Assembly: GCA_002269645.1 (NCBI GenBank)
Contig: NIVC01001397.1
Span: 1 to 64,000, forward strand
Direction: 5' to 3'
Source of the DNA: Macrostomum lignano
Lineage: Eukaryota
DNA length: 64,000 nt
This document shows, piece after piece, positions 24,801-38,014 of this stretch (positions are counted from its first letter, which is position 1; each line of letters opens with the position of its first letter). The notes below the pieces were generated by a model. That model worked only from the letters and a program-made list of their open reading frames with translations. It ran no database searches and was not told the origin of the DNA. Position numbers and translations under genes: made by a program.

Positions 24801-27800
24801 TCAGTCTTGTTATTTTTATCTCTCTCCCTGTGGCCTTCAATCTGATCTCTTTCCTCAGTCGCGCCCTCCAACCCCTCGTCTGCGTTTTCTCTCCCTCTAG
24901 TTCGCTTGTTGTTCTTATCTCTCTCTCCCTCGCTGCCTTCTGATTGGCTCTTCAATTTGACCAATTTTATATTTTCTCTGTCACGAACTTCACCCAATTT
25001 CCTATCAGCACCCAACTCACCCCTATTAAGTCTTACAAATATACGAGTACTGCGCCCACGGGTGAATAAAACCATGGTTGCGCCTCACTTACTGGTTCTA
25101 GTTCAGTTTAATCTATAATTTAGTATAAGCCAAGCAAATTTCTACCTATTCTTATTTCTTTGTAGATTTCTTCTAACATTTCCAATCCCAAATTAAAAGC
25201 AGTTGCTTTCTCAGCTTTCCCAGTTGTAATAATATAAAACTATTGAATATGCATAGGTCCGTCTGGACTTTAGACACTATTAGCATCCTTCAACCCGCAA
25301 CCCTGTTAATTTATCGTTGCTAACAGTGCTCACCATAAACTCACCATATTCTCTTCATCGATGGGTCCCAAATTTTTTATGAGCATGTTGATTGCCACCG
25401 CTGCCGGCTCATCGTCTGGAAGGTGGGTCGAGGTGACAAAGAATGAGCTATCTCAATAGCTTCACAAACTATACACTTCACAAACCAGACGATTCACAAA
25501 CCAGACGATTCACAAACCAGACGATTCACAAACCAGACGATTCACAAACCAGACGATTCACAAACCAGACGTTTCACAAACCAGACGATTCACAAACCAG
25601 ACGATTCACAAACCAGACGATTCACAAACCAGACGATTCACAAACCAGACGATTCACAAACCAGACGATTCACAAACCAGACGATTCACAAACCAGACGA
25701 TTCACAAACCAGACGATTCACAAACCAGACGATTCACAAACCAGACGATTCACAAACCAGACGATTCACAAACCAGACGATTCACAAACCAGACGATTCA
25801 CAAACCAGACGATTCACAAACCAGACGATTCACAAACCAGACGATTCACAAACCAGACGATTCACAAACCAGACGATTCACAAACCAGACGATTCACAAA
25901 CCAGACGATTCACAAACCAGACGATTCACAAACCAGACGATTCACAAACCAGACGATTCACAAACCAGACGATTCACAAACCAGACGATTCACAAACCAG
26001 ACGATTCACAAACCAGACACTTCACGACCTAGACACTTCACAAGCTAACTTTGGTAGACACTTCACTTCACAAGAAACTTTGTTAGAACTGTTTCCGGTT
26101 TTCGAACTTGCTTGTAGCTCGTAAAAGCCATTTTCTACTTACAAAGTATTTATCAGCTTTAGCTCCTTGCTTCCGCGCCGGTGCCCAGAGAAATGGGGAT
26201 GGGTTATTAGCGGCACGCTCAGGGTCAGAACAAGACAGAATCGCCACTGTCTGCTCAAGCCGCACAAATCAGAGCCATCCAGACAAACACGACAAGCCAA
26301 AGGAGAGAGAATGCGAGGAGCAGTTGAGGCCGCGGCAACGCAGTGAACCGAGCCCCATCTCCGTTGAGCCAAATTGAATCTGCCGCCCAATCTACATATC
26401 CAGCCGACAGTTTTTCTCGCTTTCAGCCGAAAGATTTTGCAACTTTCGGCTTTGGCAACCTTCAAGGACTTTTTTGCCTGTTCTTATACCCCTTCTTCTC
26501 TCCTGGTGTCCCCCCCCCTGTCAGTCGAGTCTTGCCACTGCCCAAGTCATTCGCTTTTATGAGATTATGGCCGCATTCCCAAGTGTCCTCCTGTCTGCCT
26601 GCCAGCAGCCCCTTAAAAGCGTTGTCTCCGCCAATTCCGCGAATTCCCACCGCCTCCCCCCTCATCGTAAATGACCCGTCAGCCTCTGCGCGACTTCTCA
26701 CGCATTAAGAATGGAATTTTGAAGTCAGTAGTTTGGGCACAGCCGCTAATGCGATTTTGGGACAGTTTTAACCTCCTAAGGTCCGGTTTTCTGCGATGCA
26801 ATCTCAGGTAATGCATCTACCTCAGGTACTGCATCTACCTCAGGTACTGCATCTACCTCAGGTACTGCATCTACCTCAGGTACTGCATCTACCTCAGGTA
26901 CTGCATCTACCTCAGGTACTGCATCTACCTCAGGTACTGTATCTACCTCAGGTACTGCATCTACCTCAGGTACTGCATCTACCTCAGGTACTGCATCTAC
27001 CTCAGGTACTGCATCTACCTCAGGTACTGCATCTACCTCAGGTACTGCATCTACCTCAGGTACTGCATCTACCTCAGGTACTGCATCTACCTCAGGTACT
27101 GCATCTACCTCAGGTACTGCATCTACCTCAGGTACTGCATCTACCTCAGGTACTGCATCTACCTCAGGTACTGCATCTACCTCAGGTACTGCATCTACCT
27201 CAGGTACTGCATCTACCTCAGGTACTGCATCTACCTCAGGTACTGCATCTACCTCAGGTACTGCATCTACCTCAGGTACTGCATCTACCTCAGGTACTGC
27301 ATCTACCTCAGGTACTGCATCTACCTCAGGTACTGCATCTACCTCAGGTACTGCATCTACCTCAGGTACTGCATCTACCTCAGGTACTGCATCTACCTCA
27401 GGTACTGCATCTACCTCAGGTACTGCATCTACCTCAGGTACTGCATCTACCTCAGGTACTGCATCTACCTCAGGTACTGCATCTACCTCAGGTACTGCAG
27501 CTACCTCAGGTACTGCAGCTACCTCAGGTACTGCAGCTACCTCAGGTACTGCAGCTACCTCAGGTACTGCATCTAACTCAGGTAATGCATCTACCTCAGG
27601 TACTGCATCTACCTCAGCCACCTCATCTACCGCCGCCACCTCATCTACCTCAGCCACCTCATCTACCTCAGCCACCTCAGCCACCTCAGCCACCTCATCT
27701 ACCTCAGCCACCTCAGCCACCTCAGCCACCTCATCTACCTCAGCCACCTCAGCCACCTGAGCCACCTCATCTACCTCAGCCACCTCAGCCACCTCAGCCA

Positions 27801-28456
27801 CCTCATCTACCTCAGCCACCTCATCTACCGCAGCCACCTCATCTACCTAAGCCACCTCATCTACCTCAGGTACTGCATCTACCTCAGCCACCTCATCTAC
27901 CTCAGCCACCTCAGCCACCTCAGCCACCTCATCTACCGCAGCCACCTCATCTACCGCAGCCACCTCATCTACCTCAGCCACCTCATCTACCTTAGCCACC
28001 TCATCTACCTCAGCCACCTCATCTACCTCAGCCACCTCATCTACCTCAGCCACCTCAGCCACCTCATCTACCTCAGCCACCTCATCTACCTCAGCCACCT
28101 CATCTACCTCAGCCACCTCATCTACCTCAGCCACCTCATCTACCTCAGCCACCTCAGCCACCTCAGCCAGCTAAAAGCAGCCTGACGCAGAGAAGCTCTG
28201 AGAGCAGTTCAGTGTCCGAATGGAAGCTTCTCAGCAGCCAGCAGCGAAATCCCTGACCAACACAAAATCGACCAACACAGAACCGACAACCGAGCGTGAC
28301 CCGAGCCCCCCGTTGTGTGATTGACTTTTTTTTCAAAATGCAGCAATCCAAAGCAGCTCTCAATCTTCTTTTAGCTCTCCGCGCCGCCTTCTCCTCCCTT
28401 CTCGACTGCCTTCTTCCGGATTTCCCGTTGCTCGACCTCGGCCTCTCACTCATGCT

Positions 28457-28492
<36 letters not shown>

Positions 28493-31400
28493 CCATTTCC
28501 CCTTTTGCCCAGTCTATTTTGGCGAAGAAAAGGCACTCAGGGGCTCCTGCCGCTCCCTACCGCAGCGCCCGTTGACCTTCTGGTTCTGGCTCTTCTTTCG
28601 TTTCGCTCAATTTGCGTGCTGCGTCCGATGCCGCGCCCATGGGCTGGCGGCGGCGCCGGGCGGTGGCAGACGAGCCCGAAACAAGTGCACTTGTTTTCCC
28701 TGTCTCTGGGGCCCCCTATCTATGGGGCATTTTGCCCGTTGGCAGTTTTTTCCACCATTAAATTATGAATGGACCGAATTGAATGCATTGGGTGCCAGCG
28801 CGGTCTTATCGCGCCAGATAAAATTGAGAGGAAAAGTGCTTTGGCGCAGCAGGAATCCCCGCAGATTTTATTGCATTTATCTATTGCTGCTTTTGCGTCG
28901 CATTTTCGGCTGTCAGGTCGGGTTGCAAAGCCGCTGACATTGTTTACCTAAAATGCCGTTTATGTCTTAATATGCCTCCGCGACAAAGACCTCTGCGCCC
29001 TGTCACAGACAACTTTTCATCTACCACCTGACATCTACTATCTACCACCTGACATCTACTATCTACCACCTGACATCTACTATCTACCACCTGACATCTA
29101 CTATCTACCACCTGACATCTACTATCTACCACCTGACATCTACTATCTACCACCTGACATCTACTATCTACCACCTGACATCTACTATCTACCACCTGAC
29201 ATCTACTATCTACCACCTGACATCTACAAGCTACCACCTGACATCTACTATCTCAAATCTACCATCTGACATCTGAGATCTACATGTAGAATCTACTCAC
29301 TGACATCTACAATCTCACATCTACCATCTGACATCTAAAATGTACATGTAAAATCTACTCACTGACATCTACTATCTCACATCTACCATCTGACATCTGA
29401 AATCTACCTTGTGACATCTACCTTCTGACATCTACCGTCTGACATCTACGGTTTGACAGACATCATCTGACATCTGACATCTACCGTCTGACATCTATGG
29501 TTTGACAGACATCATCTGACAGCTAACATCTACCGTCTGACATCTACGGTTTGACAGACATCATCTGACATCTGACACCCACCGTCTGATACCTATGGTC
29601 TGACAGACACCATCTGACAACTGCATCTACCGTCTGACATCTATGGTCTGACAGACACCATCTGATATCTGACGCATCAACATTCAATGATAATACTGTA
29701 TAGCCCGCATCCATAATTTTCGCACTACTTCTCCAAGTCAGCTACCCCAAGCAGGCAGTCTCACACCCCATAGTAAGGCTCGCAAACTTCAAGTTTCCGC
29801 CTAGCCGTGCAATATTGGAACTGACAGTCCGTCAATAACTGCTGCCCCCCCCCTGCCAGCAACTGACAGCAGGGAGTGTTGCCAAACAAATTTGCACCAT
29901 CAGCCAATAAATTCTCCCCACCCCTCTTTCCCTCTCTTGGGCCGCTAGCAGCTGCCGGGGGGAGTGGAAGGCAGACATGTTGCATGTGGGAGCCTCGGGC
30001 AGGATTACGCTGCAGACTTGGCCATCATCATAATCAGATATGCTAATCCCTGACCAGCTTCCCTTCGAAGCGCACTTGATGAAGAATTTATCCCCAACAC
30101 CCCCCCCCCCTCGACTGAGGAATTTCTGCCAGAGAGCTTTTCCCAGAACCGGAAAAAGTCGTCCCAAGCAGCTCGATTGCTAAGCTCCGGAAGGGTGCAC
30201 CACCTCACTCCGCGGCTGGGGAGTGATCTGAGTGGGATTTGGCGGCTACCGTTATAATTAGGATGCATTGAGCATTGAGCCGTTGCTGAGCACCTATTCA
30301 TATTTGATAATAATATATGATTTGCTGTGAGCTTTTTTCAGTTTCACGGAGTCTCTGCTTATTCACTTGATGATGCTGGCTCTCCTTCTCTCTTTCTTCC
30401 ACCTTCTCCATCTCCCTTCTCCGTTTCCCCTTTTCCACTCCTCTCCCACCATGGGAGAAGAATCTCTCCTTCTCCCATCTCCCCCTCTCCCCCCTCTCCC
30501 ATCTCCCCTCTTCCATCTCTCCGTCTCCCTCCTATATCTTTCCAGTTCTCCCTTCCCTACTATCTCTATTCTTTCACTGACTCTTCTTTCGATTTTCTTT
30601 GCTGCTAATCAGGCTAATTTTCTGAGCTCACATTTTTTGTCGAAAGTCCGTTTGAAATCTCTGAGAGAAATTCCTACGAGTAGGAAGTCAGCGAGCCAAT
30701 ACAGAGTCATTAATTCCTAAGCACGAGTGATCAGTTATTGCTTCTTAAATAGCTTTGTGTGTGAATAAAGGATGAGCGCTACCAGCTTATTGCATTGGGA
30801 CTCAGCTGATGCGAGCTAAATAGGGATATAAATATTGGTGCTCGTGTAAAGATATCCCTGCGTTAGTGTACAGATATCCCTGTGCTAGTGTACAGATATC
30901 CCTGTGCTAGTGTACAGATATCCCTGTGCTAGTGTACAGATATCCCTGTGCTAGTGTACAGATATCCCTGTGCTAGTGTACAGATATCCCTGTGCTAGTG
31001 TACAGATATCCCTGTGCTAGTGTACAGATATCCCTGTGCTAGTGTACAGATATCCCTGTGCTAGTGTACAGATATCCCTGTGCTAGTGTACAGATATCCC
31101 TGTGCTAGTGTACAGATATCCCTGTGCTAGTGTACAGATATCCCTGTGCTAGTGTACAGATATCCCTGTGCTAGTGTACAGATATCCCTGTGCTAGTGTA
31201 CAGATATCCCTGTGCTAGTGTACAGATATCCCTGTGCTAGTGTACAGATATCCCTGTGTACATGTAAGTGTACAGATATCCCTGTGTAAGTGTACAGATA
31301 TCCCTGTGCTAGTGTACAGATATCCCTGTGTACATGTAAGTGTACAGATATCCCTGAGTTAGTGTACAGATATCCCTGTGCTAATGTACAGATATCCCTG

Positions 31401-32926
31401 TGCTAGTGTACAGATATCATTGTGTTAATGTACAGATATCCCTGTGTTAGTGTACAGATATCATTGTGTTAGTGTACAGATATCATTGTGTTAATGTACA
31501 GACATCCCTGTGCTAGTGTACAGATATCCCTGTGTTAATGTACAGATATCCCTGAGTTAGTGTACAGATATCCCTGTGCTAATGTACAGATATCCCTGTG
31601 CTAGTGTACAGATATCATTGTGTTAATGTACAGATATCCCTGTGTTAGTGTACAGATATCATTGTGTTAGTGTACAGATATCATTGTGTTAATGTACAGA
31701 CATCCCTGTGCTAGTGTACAGATATCCCTGTGTAGATGTAAGTGTACAGATATCCCTGTGTAAGTGTACAGATATCCCTGTGCTAGTGTACAGATATCTT
31801 TCATCATTTGCTGGTCTCAAAGTCTCTCAATCTGAGAAATTTTGGTCTTTTCGCACTTTGTGAGACACTGTTTTCTACGAAACAGAGGAGCATTGTTCTC
31901 ATAAGCATTGCAAGCAGCTTCACGTTTTTCTATAGTGACTGCCGGCTGACAAAGCGAGCTCCAGCTTAGTGCAGCCTCGATCCGTTCTCTGCGATTCCAA
32001 TAGCTCAATCTGCTGCACTGACCTCCTCAGCTACTCTTGGGACTGCGGACGGCAGATGTCACGCAAACCTGACTGACTGACCACAGCTCAATCAAAATAA
32101 TTACTCGTATTTGGCCTGGTCACATCTCCCAAAATCCTTTAATCTGGGGACGGTGCGCGCTGACTCATATTGTCGGTTTGAACAATGTGGCAATTAGGGG
32201 AATTGCCATGCCTTTTGTTCTTTTGATAGGTTTGCGACGGAATGCGATTTCAGCTGATTTGGGGCAGCAGGGATTTGGTGACCGCAATCCCTAATCAGTT
32301 TACTGATATTCATATTTCATAATTAAATTATTGATTCAATCACAGCCAATCACGAATCAGTCAGTCATCAATTCAATCACGGCTGATCTCATCAATCAGT
32401 CACCAATTCAATCACAGCCAATCATCAATCAATCACCAATTCAATCACAGCTGATCATCAATCAGTCACCAATTCAATCACGCTGATCTCATCAATCAGT
32501 CACCAATTTAATCACAGCCAATCATCAATCAATCACCAATTCAATCACAGCTGATAACAACTCAGTCACCAATTCAATCACAGCTGATCATCAATCAGTC
32601 ATCAATTCAATCACAGCTGATCATCAATCAGTCATTGCCATCCCCGAAGTGACTCACCGACCACCTCCTTCTCCCCGGTGACATTGTTCTCTCTGATGTC
32701 CAGGCCAGGCCGCAGGTTGCTGTCGTAGCGGCTGCTGCTCAGCATGTGGTTGAGCACGTCAGTGATGCGCACCAGCTTCACCGTGTTGTTGCTGGGCGCC
32801 GCTGGCGCGAAAAACCGACCTTCTTCGGCACCTCCTCCTCCTCCTCCTCCGCCGCCGCCGCTGCCGCTGTCAGCTCGGCCACCGACGGGAGGAGAGGCGA
32901 CTGCCCGCATCGAAAATAAGACGCCA
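18833..32926 (-). CDS. Cys-loop ligand-gated ion channel subunit, GABA-A/glycine-receptor-like (probably chloride-selective); 5' exon not identified
   Basis: Phase-consistent GT-AG exons: 32926-32658, 25415-25345, 23940-23711, 22510-22428, 22009-21815, 21429-21277, 20406-20201, 19225-18833. Motifs: [37 protein letters not shown], Cys-loop [15 protein letters not shown] (C-x13-C), GSYAY, M1 [11 protein letters not shown]2 [15 protein letters not shown]3 [12 protein letters not shown]4 [13 protein letters not shown]. Confidence 0.93.
19274..20040. repeat. 20-bp intronic tandem repeat (GATCCCATCCTATTGATCCT), ~38 copies
   Basis: Direct periodicity within the last channel intron. Confidence 0.96.
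20550..21110. repeat. 24-bp intronic tandem repeat (GAGACGGTAGATAAGGGAGAGTAT), ~23 copies
   Basis: Direct periodicity. Confidence 0.95.
21515..21810. repeat. 16-bp intronic tandem repeat (TCCGATATGTAATGCA)
   Basis: Direct periodicity; begins a few nt from the donor at 21814. Confidence 0.93.
23200..23460. repeat. CT-rich low-complexity tract
   Basis: Almost purely pyrimidine on the plus strand. Confidence 0.8.
24590..24960. repeat. Local direct duplication of an ~120-bp CT-rich segment (TTCAATCTGATCTC...CTGATTGGCTCTT at ~24611 and ~24836)
   Basis: Two near-identical copies about 225 bp apart. Confidence 0.8.
25478..26020. repeat. 16-bp intronic tandem repeat (CACAAACCAGACGATT), ~34 copies
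   Basis: Direct periodicity. Confidence 0.97.
26805..28170. repeat. 18-bp tandem repeat (CTCAGGTACTGCATCTAC) grading into 18/9-bp CTCAGCCACCTCATCTAC units
   Basis: Direct periodicity; unit switch near 27610. Confidence 0.96.
29015..29670. repeat. 21-bp tandem repeat (ATCTACCACCTGACATCTACT), ~11 clean copies decaying into TCTGACATCTAC variants
   Basis: Direct periodicity. Confidence 0.9.
30862..31797. repeat. 22-bp tandem repeat (GTGTACAGATATCCCTGTGCTA), ~42 copies
   Basis: Direct periodicity. Confidence 0.96.
32330..32635. repeat. ~33-bp degenerate tandem repeat (ATCACAGCTGATCATCAATCAGTCACCAATTCA)
   Basis: About 9 copies, adjacent to the donor at 32657. Confidence 0.9.
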
Positions 32927-33834
32927 CTAAACAGTGAGCGGGTTTGGCGAGTCAGTGAGTTCAGTGATTCAGTGATCTATTCAGCATAGAGTACATCTAG
33001 TACTAGATTTCCTAAATTTCTTATCAACTACAGCGGGCACCACTGACTCATTACTTGAGCGTCACCGCAGTTTCTTGGAATCCACCCCCCCCCCCCAAAA
33101 GTCCCGAGAGTCCCAAAAAATCACCCATCAGAGATGATTGGATGCAGGTGAGAAAGTGAGTTAGAATTTCGCTTTGAGCAGGCACAGTGTCCTAGCAGAC
33201 AGGTGTTGGGCCGGTATGGATCTGAAACATCCCAAAACTGTAAGTCCTCTGGGAAAGGTTGATCTTATAGAAATTACTGAAGATGGAGGATGAGGAGAGG
33301 AAGAAAAAGTGCGAAAGGGAAAATACGATTCCCCAAAGCGGGGGTGGGGGTCTAGCTGAGATCTAGGGGATCTGGGGGATCTGGGGGATCGGGGGGATCT
33401 GGGTCTCGGCACCGCTTGCAAAATTTCCCACCGCGAATTTCCCGACAAATCCCAGCTGGCGGAGAAGCCCGGCTTGAAACAACAGAAACTGCCGCCTCCC
33501 CCTCTTCTTCTGTATTTCTCTCATTCGGTTTCTTTCGCCGAGTTATGATATCCTCAATTTCATAAATACCTCACACTATTTTAGCTCTCGATAATGTTGG
33601 CCTGTTGCAGTCCCCTGCCTCCGTTCCAGTCTTGCTGCATCAATTAATGGAAGGTTAATGAGGCGAGGATTTAAGTTAATAGCCACGGTCACGAGTGTGC
33701 TTACCGCTGTGCACTCCGTGCGTGTGCTGGGTAGTTATGTACCAAAGCTTGAAAATATGCGCGAGATTGATAAGGAATTACTGAAGTCAATAATTGACCA
33801 GAGTTGCTAAAGATGCACGACCTTGTACCTTACA

Positions 33835-34150
33835 TCACGGATAAAGGAATAGAATGGATTGCTAATCTAGCCAACATCACGGATAAAGGAACAGATTGGA
33901 TTGCTAATCTAAGCAACATCACGGATGAAGGAACAGAATGGATTGCTAATCTAAGCAACATCACGGATGAAGGAACAGATTGGATTGCTAATCTAGCCAA
34001 CATCACGGATGAAGGAACAGATTGGATTGCCAATCTAAGCAACATCACGGATGAATGAACAGATTGGATTGCTAATCTAAGCAACATCACGGATAAAGGA
34101 ACAGATTGGATTGCTAATCTAAATAACATCACGGATAAAGGAACAGAATG
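33835..34150 (+). repeat. 42-bp minisatellite, GGATTGCTAATCTAGC family (locus 4)
   Basis: GGATTGCTAATCTA(GC/AG)CAACATCACGGAT repeated about 7 times. Confidence 0.93.
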
Positions 34151-35004
34151 TTTATATGATATATTGAATCGCTGTGTACCGACGGAACAGACAAGCCAAG
34201 TTCAGGACCGAAATTAAGCTGCACTGTGCAAATTGGCCAGAAAGTGGAAAAGTAGGAAAGCCGTAGCAGGGGGGAACCCGATCCAATGGGCGCCGCTGGG
34301 TCCCACTGCTGATCCCAGCTCCCACTCGCTCAGTCTCTGGAAACTATTGAAAATCCCCAGATGGTTTGGCGGAACAGACAAGTCCAACAGCATGACCGAA
34401 ATCCCCAGTTGGGAATATATTGGAAAATGGCTGACAGCTTTCTACTCTGACTTAGTGATGAAGAGAGCTTGGATGCTGCAGAACGGATATCGAAGCAGTT
34501 TCAAACTGTCGTACTGTTGCTTGAAATGACTGTCAGTATTAAAGAAGAAAATTCACAGGTGAAAGCGTCTATACTTAGTTGTTGCTAGTCTGTCTTTTGT
34601 CGTCACCTGTCGGAACACCTGACTGCTAGACAGTTGGGTGTTTTTGGGCAAGATATTATCTCTTTCCTACCTGCATCTCTTTGGATGCAGAAATGCTGCT
34701 CTGCGTTCGCGCGTTCCGCTCTCGAGCGCGCCAATCACCACCCCAACCAGCCTCCTCCTCCTCCTGGCTGCTTTGCCGTTCTTTTGGAGCATTTCCTGGG
34801 AATAGAAGCCTACAGCAGCGGGCTCGCTGCAGCTATTGTTCCCGGGTACTTTGAGTAGGGAAATGGCAATATGCATATTTGTAGCTCTAAAATGGCGCCC
34901 TGCATTTCTAAAGCGTTTGGAGTGAGAAATTTGTTTTCATGACGTGTTTTGTTGTGCTGAAGTGTCTGAGAACTGCCAATATTGTCCGATTGCCTTGGTG
35001 TCTT

Positions 35005-36185
35005 AAGGGCACCGATACTGTGTCTTAAAGGGGCACCGGTATTGTGTCTTAAGGGCACCGATATTGTGTCTTAAAGGGGCGCCGGTATTGTGTCTTAAGG
35101 GCACCGATATTGTGTCTTAAGGGCACCGATATTGTGTCTTAAGGACAGCGATATTGTGTCTCTAGACACCGATACTGTGTCTTAAAGGGGCACCGATATT
35201 GTGTCTTAAAGGCACCGATACTGTGTCTTAAAGGGGCACCGGTATTGTGTCTTAAGGGCACCGATACTGTGTCTTAAGGGCACCGATACTGTGTCTTAAA
35301 AGGGCACCGATATTGTGTCTTAAGGGCAGCGATATTGTGTCTTAAGGGCAGCGATATTTTGTCCTAAGGGCACCGATATTGTGTCTTAAGGGCGCGATAT
35401 TTTGTCTTAAGGACAGCGATATTGTGTCTTAAGGGCACCGATATTGTGTCTTAAGGGCGCCGGTATTGTGTCTTAAGGGCGCCGATATTGTGTCTTAAGG
35501 GCAGCGATATTGTGTCTTAAAGGGGCGCCGATATTGTGTCTTAAGGGCACCGATATTGTGTCCTAAGGGCACCGATATTGTGTCTTAAGGGCGCGATATT
35601 TTGTCTTAAGGACAGCGATATTGTGTCTTAAGGGCACCGATATTGTGTCTTAAGGGCGCCGGTATTGTGTCTTAAGGGCGCCGATATTGTGTCTTAAGGG
35701 CAGCGATATTGTGTCTTAAAGGGGCGCCGATATTGTGTCTTAAGGGCGCCGATATTGTGTCTTAAGGGCAGCGATATTGTGTCTTAAAGGGGCGCCGATA
35801 TTGTGTCTTAAGGGCACCGATATTGTGTCCTAAGGGCACCGATATTGTGTCTTAAAGGGGCGCCGATATTGTGTCTTAAGGGCACCGATATTGTGTCTTA
35901 AGGGCACCGATATTGTGTCTTAAAGGGGCGCCGATATTGTGTCTTAAAGGGGCGCCGATATTGTGTCTCAGGGGCATTGATATTGTGTGCCAAGAGCACC
36001 GACATTGTGTCTTAGGGGGCGCCAGTAATTGTGTCTCAGGGGCGCCAGTAATTGTGTCTCAGGGGGCGCCAGTATTGTGTCTCAGGGGCGCCAGTATTGT
36101 GTCTCAGGGGGCGCCAGTATTGTGTCTCAGGGGCGCCAGTATTGTGTCTCAGGGGCGCCAGTATTGTGTCTCAGGGGCGCCAGTT
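35005..36185. repeat. ~22-bp tandem repeat (GGCACCGATATTGTGTCTTAAG) grading into GGGGCGCCAGTATTGTGTCTCA
   Basis: Direct periodicity. Confidence 0.95.
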
Positions 36186-36972
36186 GCAGTAGCCAATTTG
36201 GCAGCTTACTGGTTGAACTCACCAGATGATCAGAGCATTTGGGATCATGTCTGCAGGCTGCCCGCGGCCAGTCAAACAGCTGATAAGTGGTCTCAAATGT
36301 GTTGAAAGCTTATTTAAAAAGCACACGCAGATTGCAGCTTCACGCATTCCGCCAGCCCCGATCCCGTTGGGCTGGGGCAACGCAGCCAATCACAGGCGGT
36401 GCTGACAGAAAAAAAACAAAACTGACATCCCGGTGTCTCTGCTTTGGCAAAAATGTGAATGCGAATGAAAACGTTGGAATAAAGCAGTAGTCGCTGCAGC
36501 ACATGTTTGCTTTGTCTGGAGACAATGGCCAGTCCGTGAGAAGCTAATGGGGATGCCTCTGCTTATCGAGATCCCACTGAGATACCACCACTCTCCTAGA
36601 GAAGCTGCATGATGCAGAGAAATAAGTTCGTGAAATCCTTGGGTGCAGGGACGGGGCACTTGTCCAAAACATGTACAGTCTGCAGTCATTTTTTTCAAAA
36701 CTTATAAATCTGCAATTCAAATTGTCGGGAATATAGGTGCAAAACCCACCTAAAATACTGTAAGTAGGCTGGATCGGATATAACTTCAATTTATAAGTAT
36801 CGCCGACGGAAAAAATTAACTTTACTAAATTAACAAGCGACGGTAATGAATGAACTACCGACTGCATTATAGTTTCTGCTGTCTACTGCAAGTAGGCTAA
36901 TAGGAAGCTGTTTTGGAATTTTTTCTTTTCTTGATGATAAGTTGATAATAAATTTGTAAATTTTGAATTGTA

Positions 36973-37039
36973 AACCCTAACTCTAACCCTAACCCTAACC
37001 CTAACCCTAACCCTAACCCTAACCCTAACCCTAACCCTA
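36973..37039 (-). repeat. Interstitial telomeric repeat (TTAGGG)n, ~10-11 units
   Basis: CCCTAA tandem array on the plus strand. Confidence 0.93.
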
Positions 37040-38014
37040 CCTAAATCTTCGGCTGTAAAATAGCGCTGGTAAAAAGGCAAACAAGCAATTGCACCAGTAG
37101 CAGATTAAAGTAATACGAAAAGTACAACGCGTTATTTTTAACTGATCATTCTGACTCCTAAATGCTCGATAAATTCAAACTTTTAAATCGCATCTTTTTT
37201 ATTTATTACGAGCCAAGATGCTTTGGCAGCCAACCGCGGGCCAACTTGCCGCTGCGGCAGGAGAGAGAGAGCTGTGGAGAGAGAGGAGAGAGCGGAGACC
37301 ATTAGAGAAAGCAAACTCTGCCGCAGAAATTATAATAAGAAGCCAAATTCTAGCGGCCGGCAGAAGAACGCTTGGAAGAAGACCAAAGTGGAGTCCGCAG
37401 ATCGAGCCCAGCCCAGGTCAGTCGCACAAGTGCTGCTCTCGCATCCCATCATTTTTTCCTGTTGCACTTTCTTCCCATCCAGAATCATCGAGTCTTCATC
37501 ATGAAATCTTGCCTCTGCTTTCTTCCCGGCAACATCATTATCGCTACCCCCGTGTGAGCAGCAGCGACCTTATATTTATAGTCCCGTCCATCATCCCGCA
37601 TCGTTCCCAGCCTCCCTCAGTCCACAATGGGCCTGAAAGAATATCGCCATTGCTGGAATGTTGCTGCAGTCTCTCTCGGTGAGAGAAGCTGCAAATTCCA
37701 ATGCGGTAAATTCCAAGGCGGCTTGCAGTGTGCAGCGCAATTACTCACCAAACAGTCTGTGGGTGGGTGAGCAGCGACTTCCTGGCCAGAAGCTGGGGCA
37801 CATTTTGGGTGGAGGTGGAATGGAATTATTCAACCATTAGCACGAACTGCTGATTAATAACTGCTTGGAAGATGATTAAGTATGCAGAAGACTCCGTGCA
37901 GAGAATCTTTGGTCGGAGTGCGCCGTGACGATCCAGTCCAAGGATTAAAGGAGTGAGAGAGAAGGCCTGGTCTGACTTAAACCCACCTTTGCTGTAGTGG
38001 CTCTGTGGCAATCT

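Noticed and set aside
26180-26350. KWGWVISG motif reminiscent of BEL/Pao retroelement protease region
   Set aside because: Eight-residue match only; no surrounding gag/pol sequence or LTR.
26776-28161. Stop-free ORFs (PEVDAV)n / (LHLPQV)n resembling repetitive structural proteins
   Set aside because: An 18-bp unit is open in several frames by construction; it lies inside a channel intron with no exon context.
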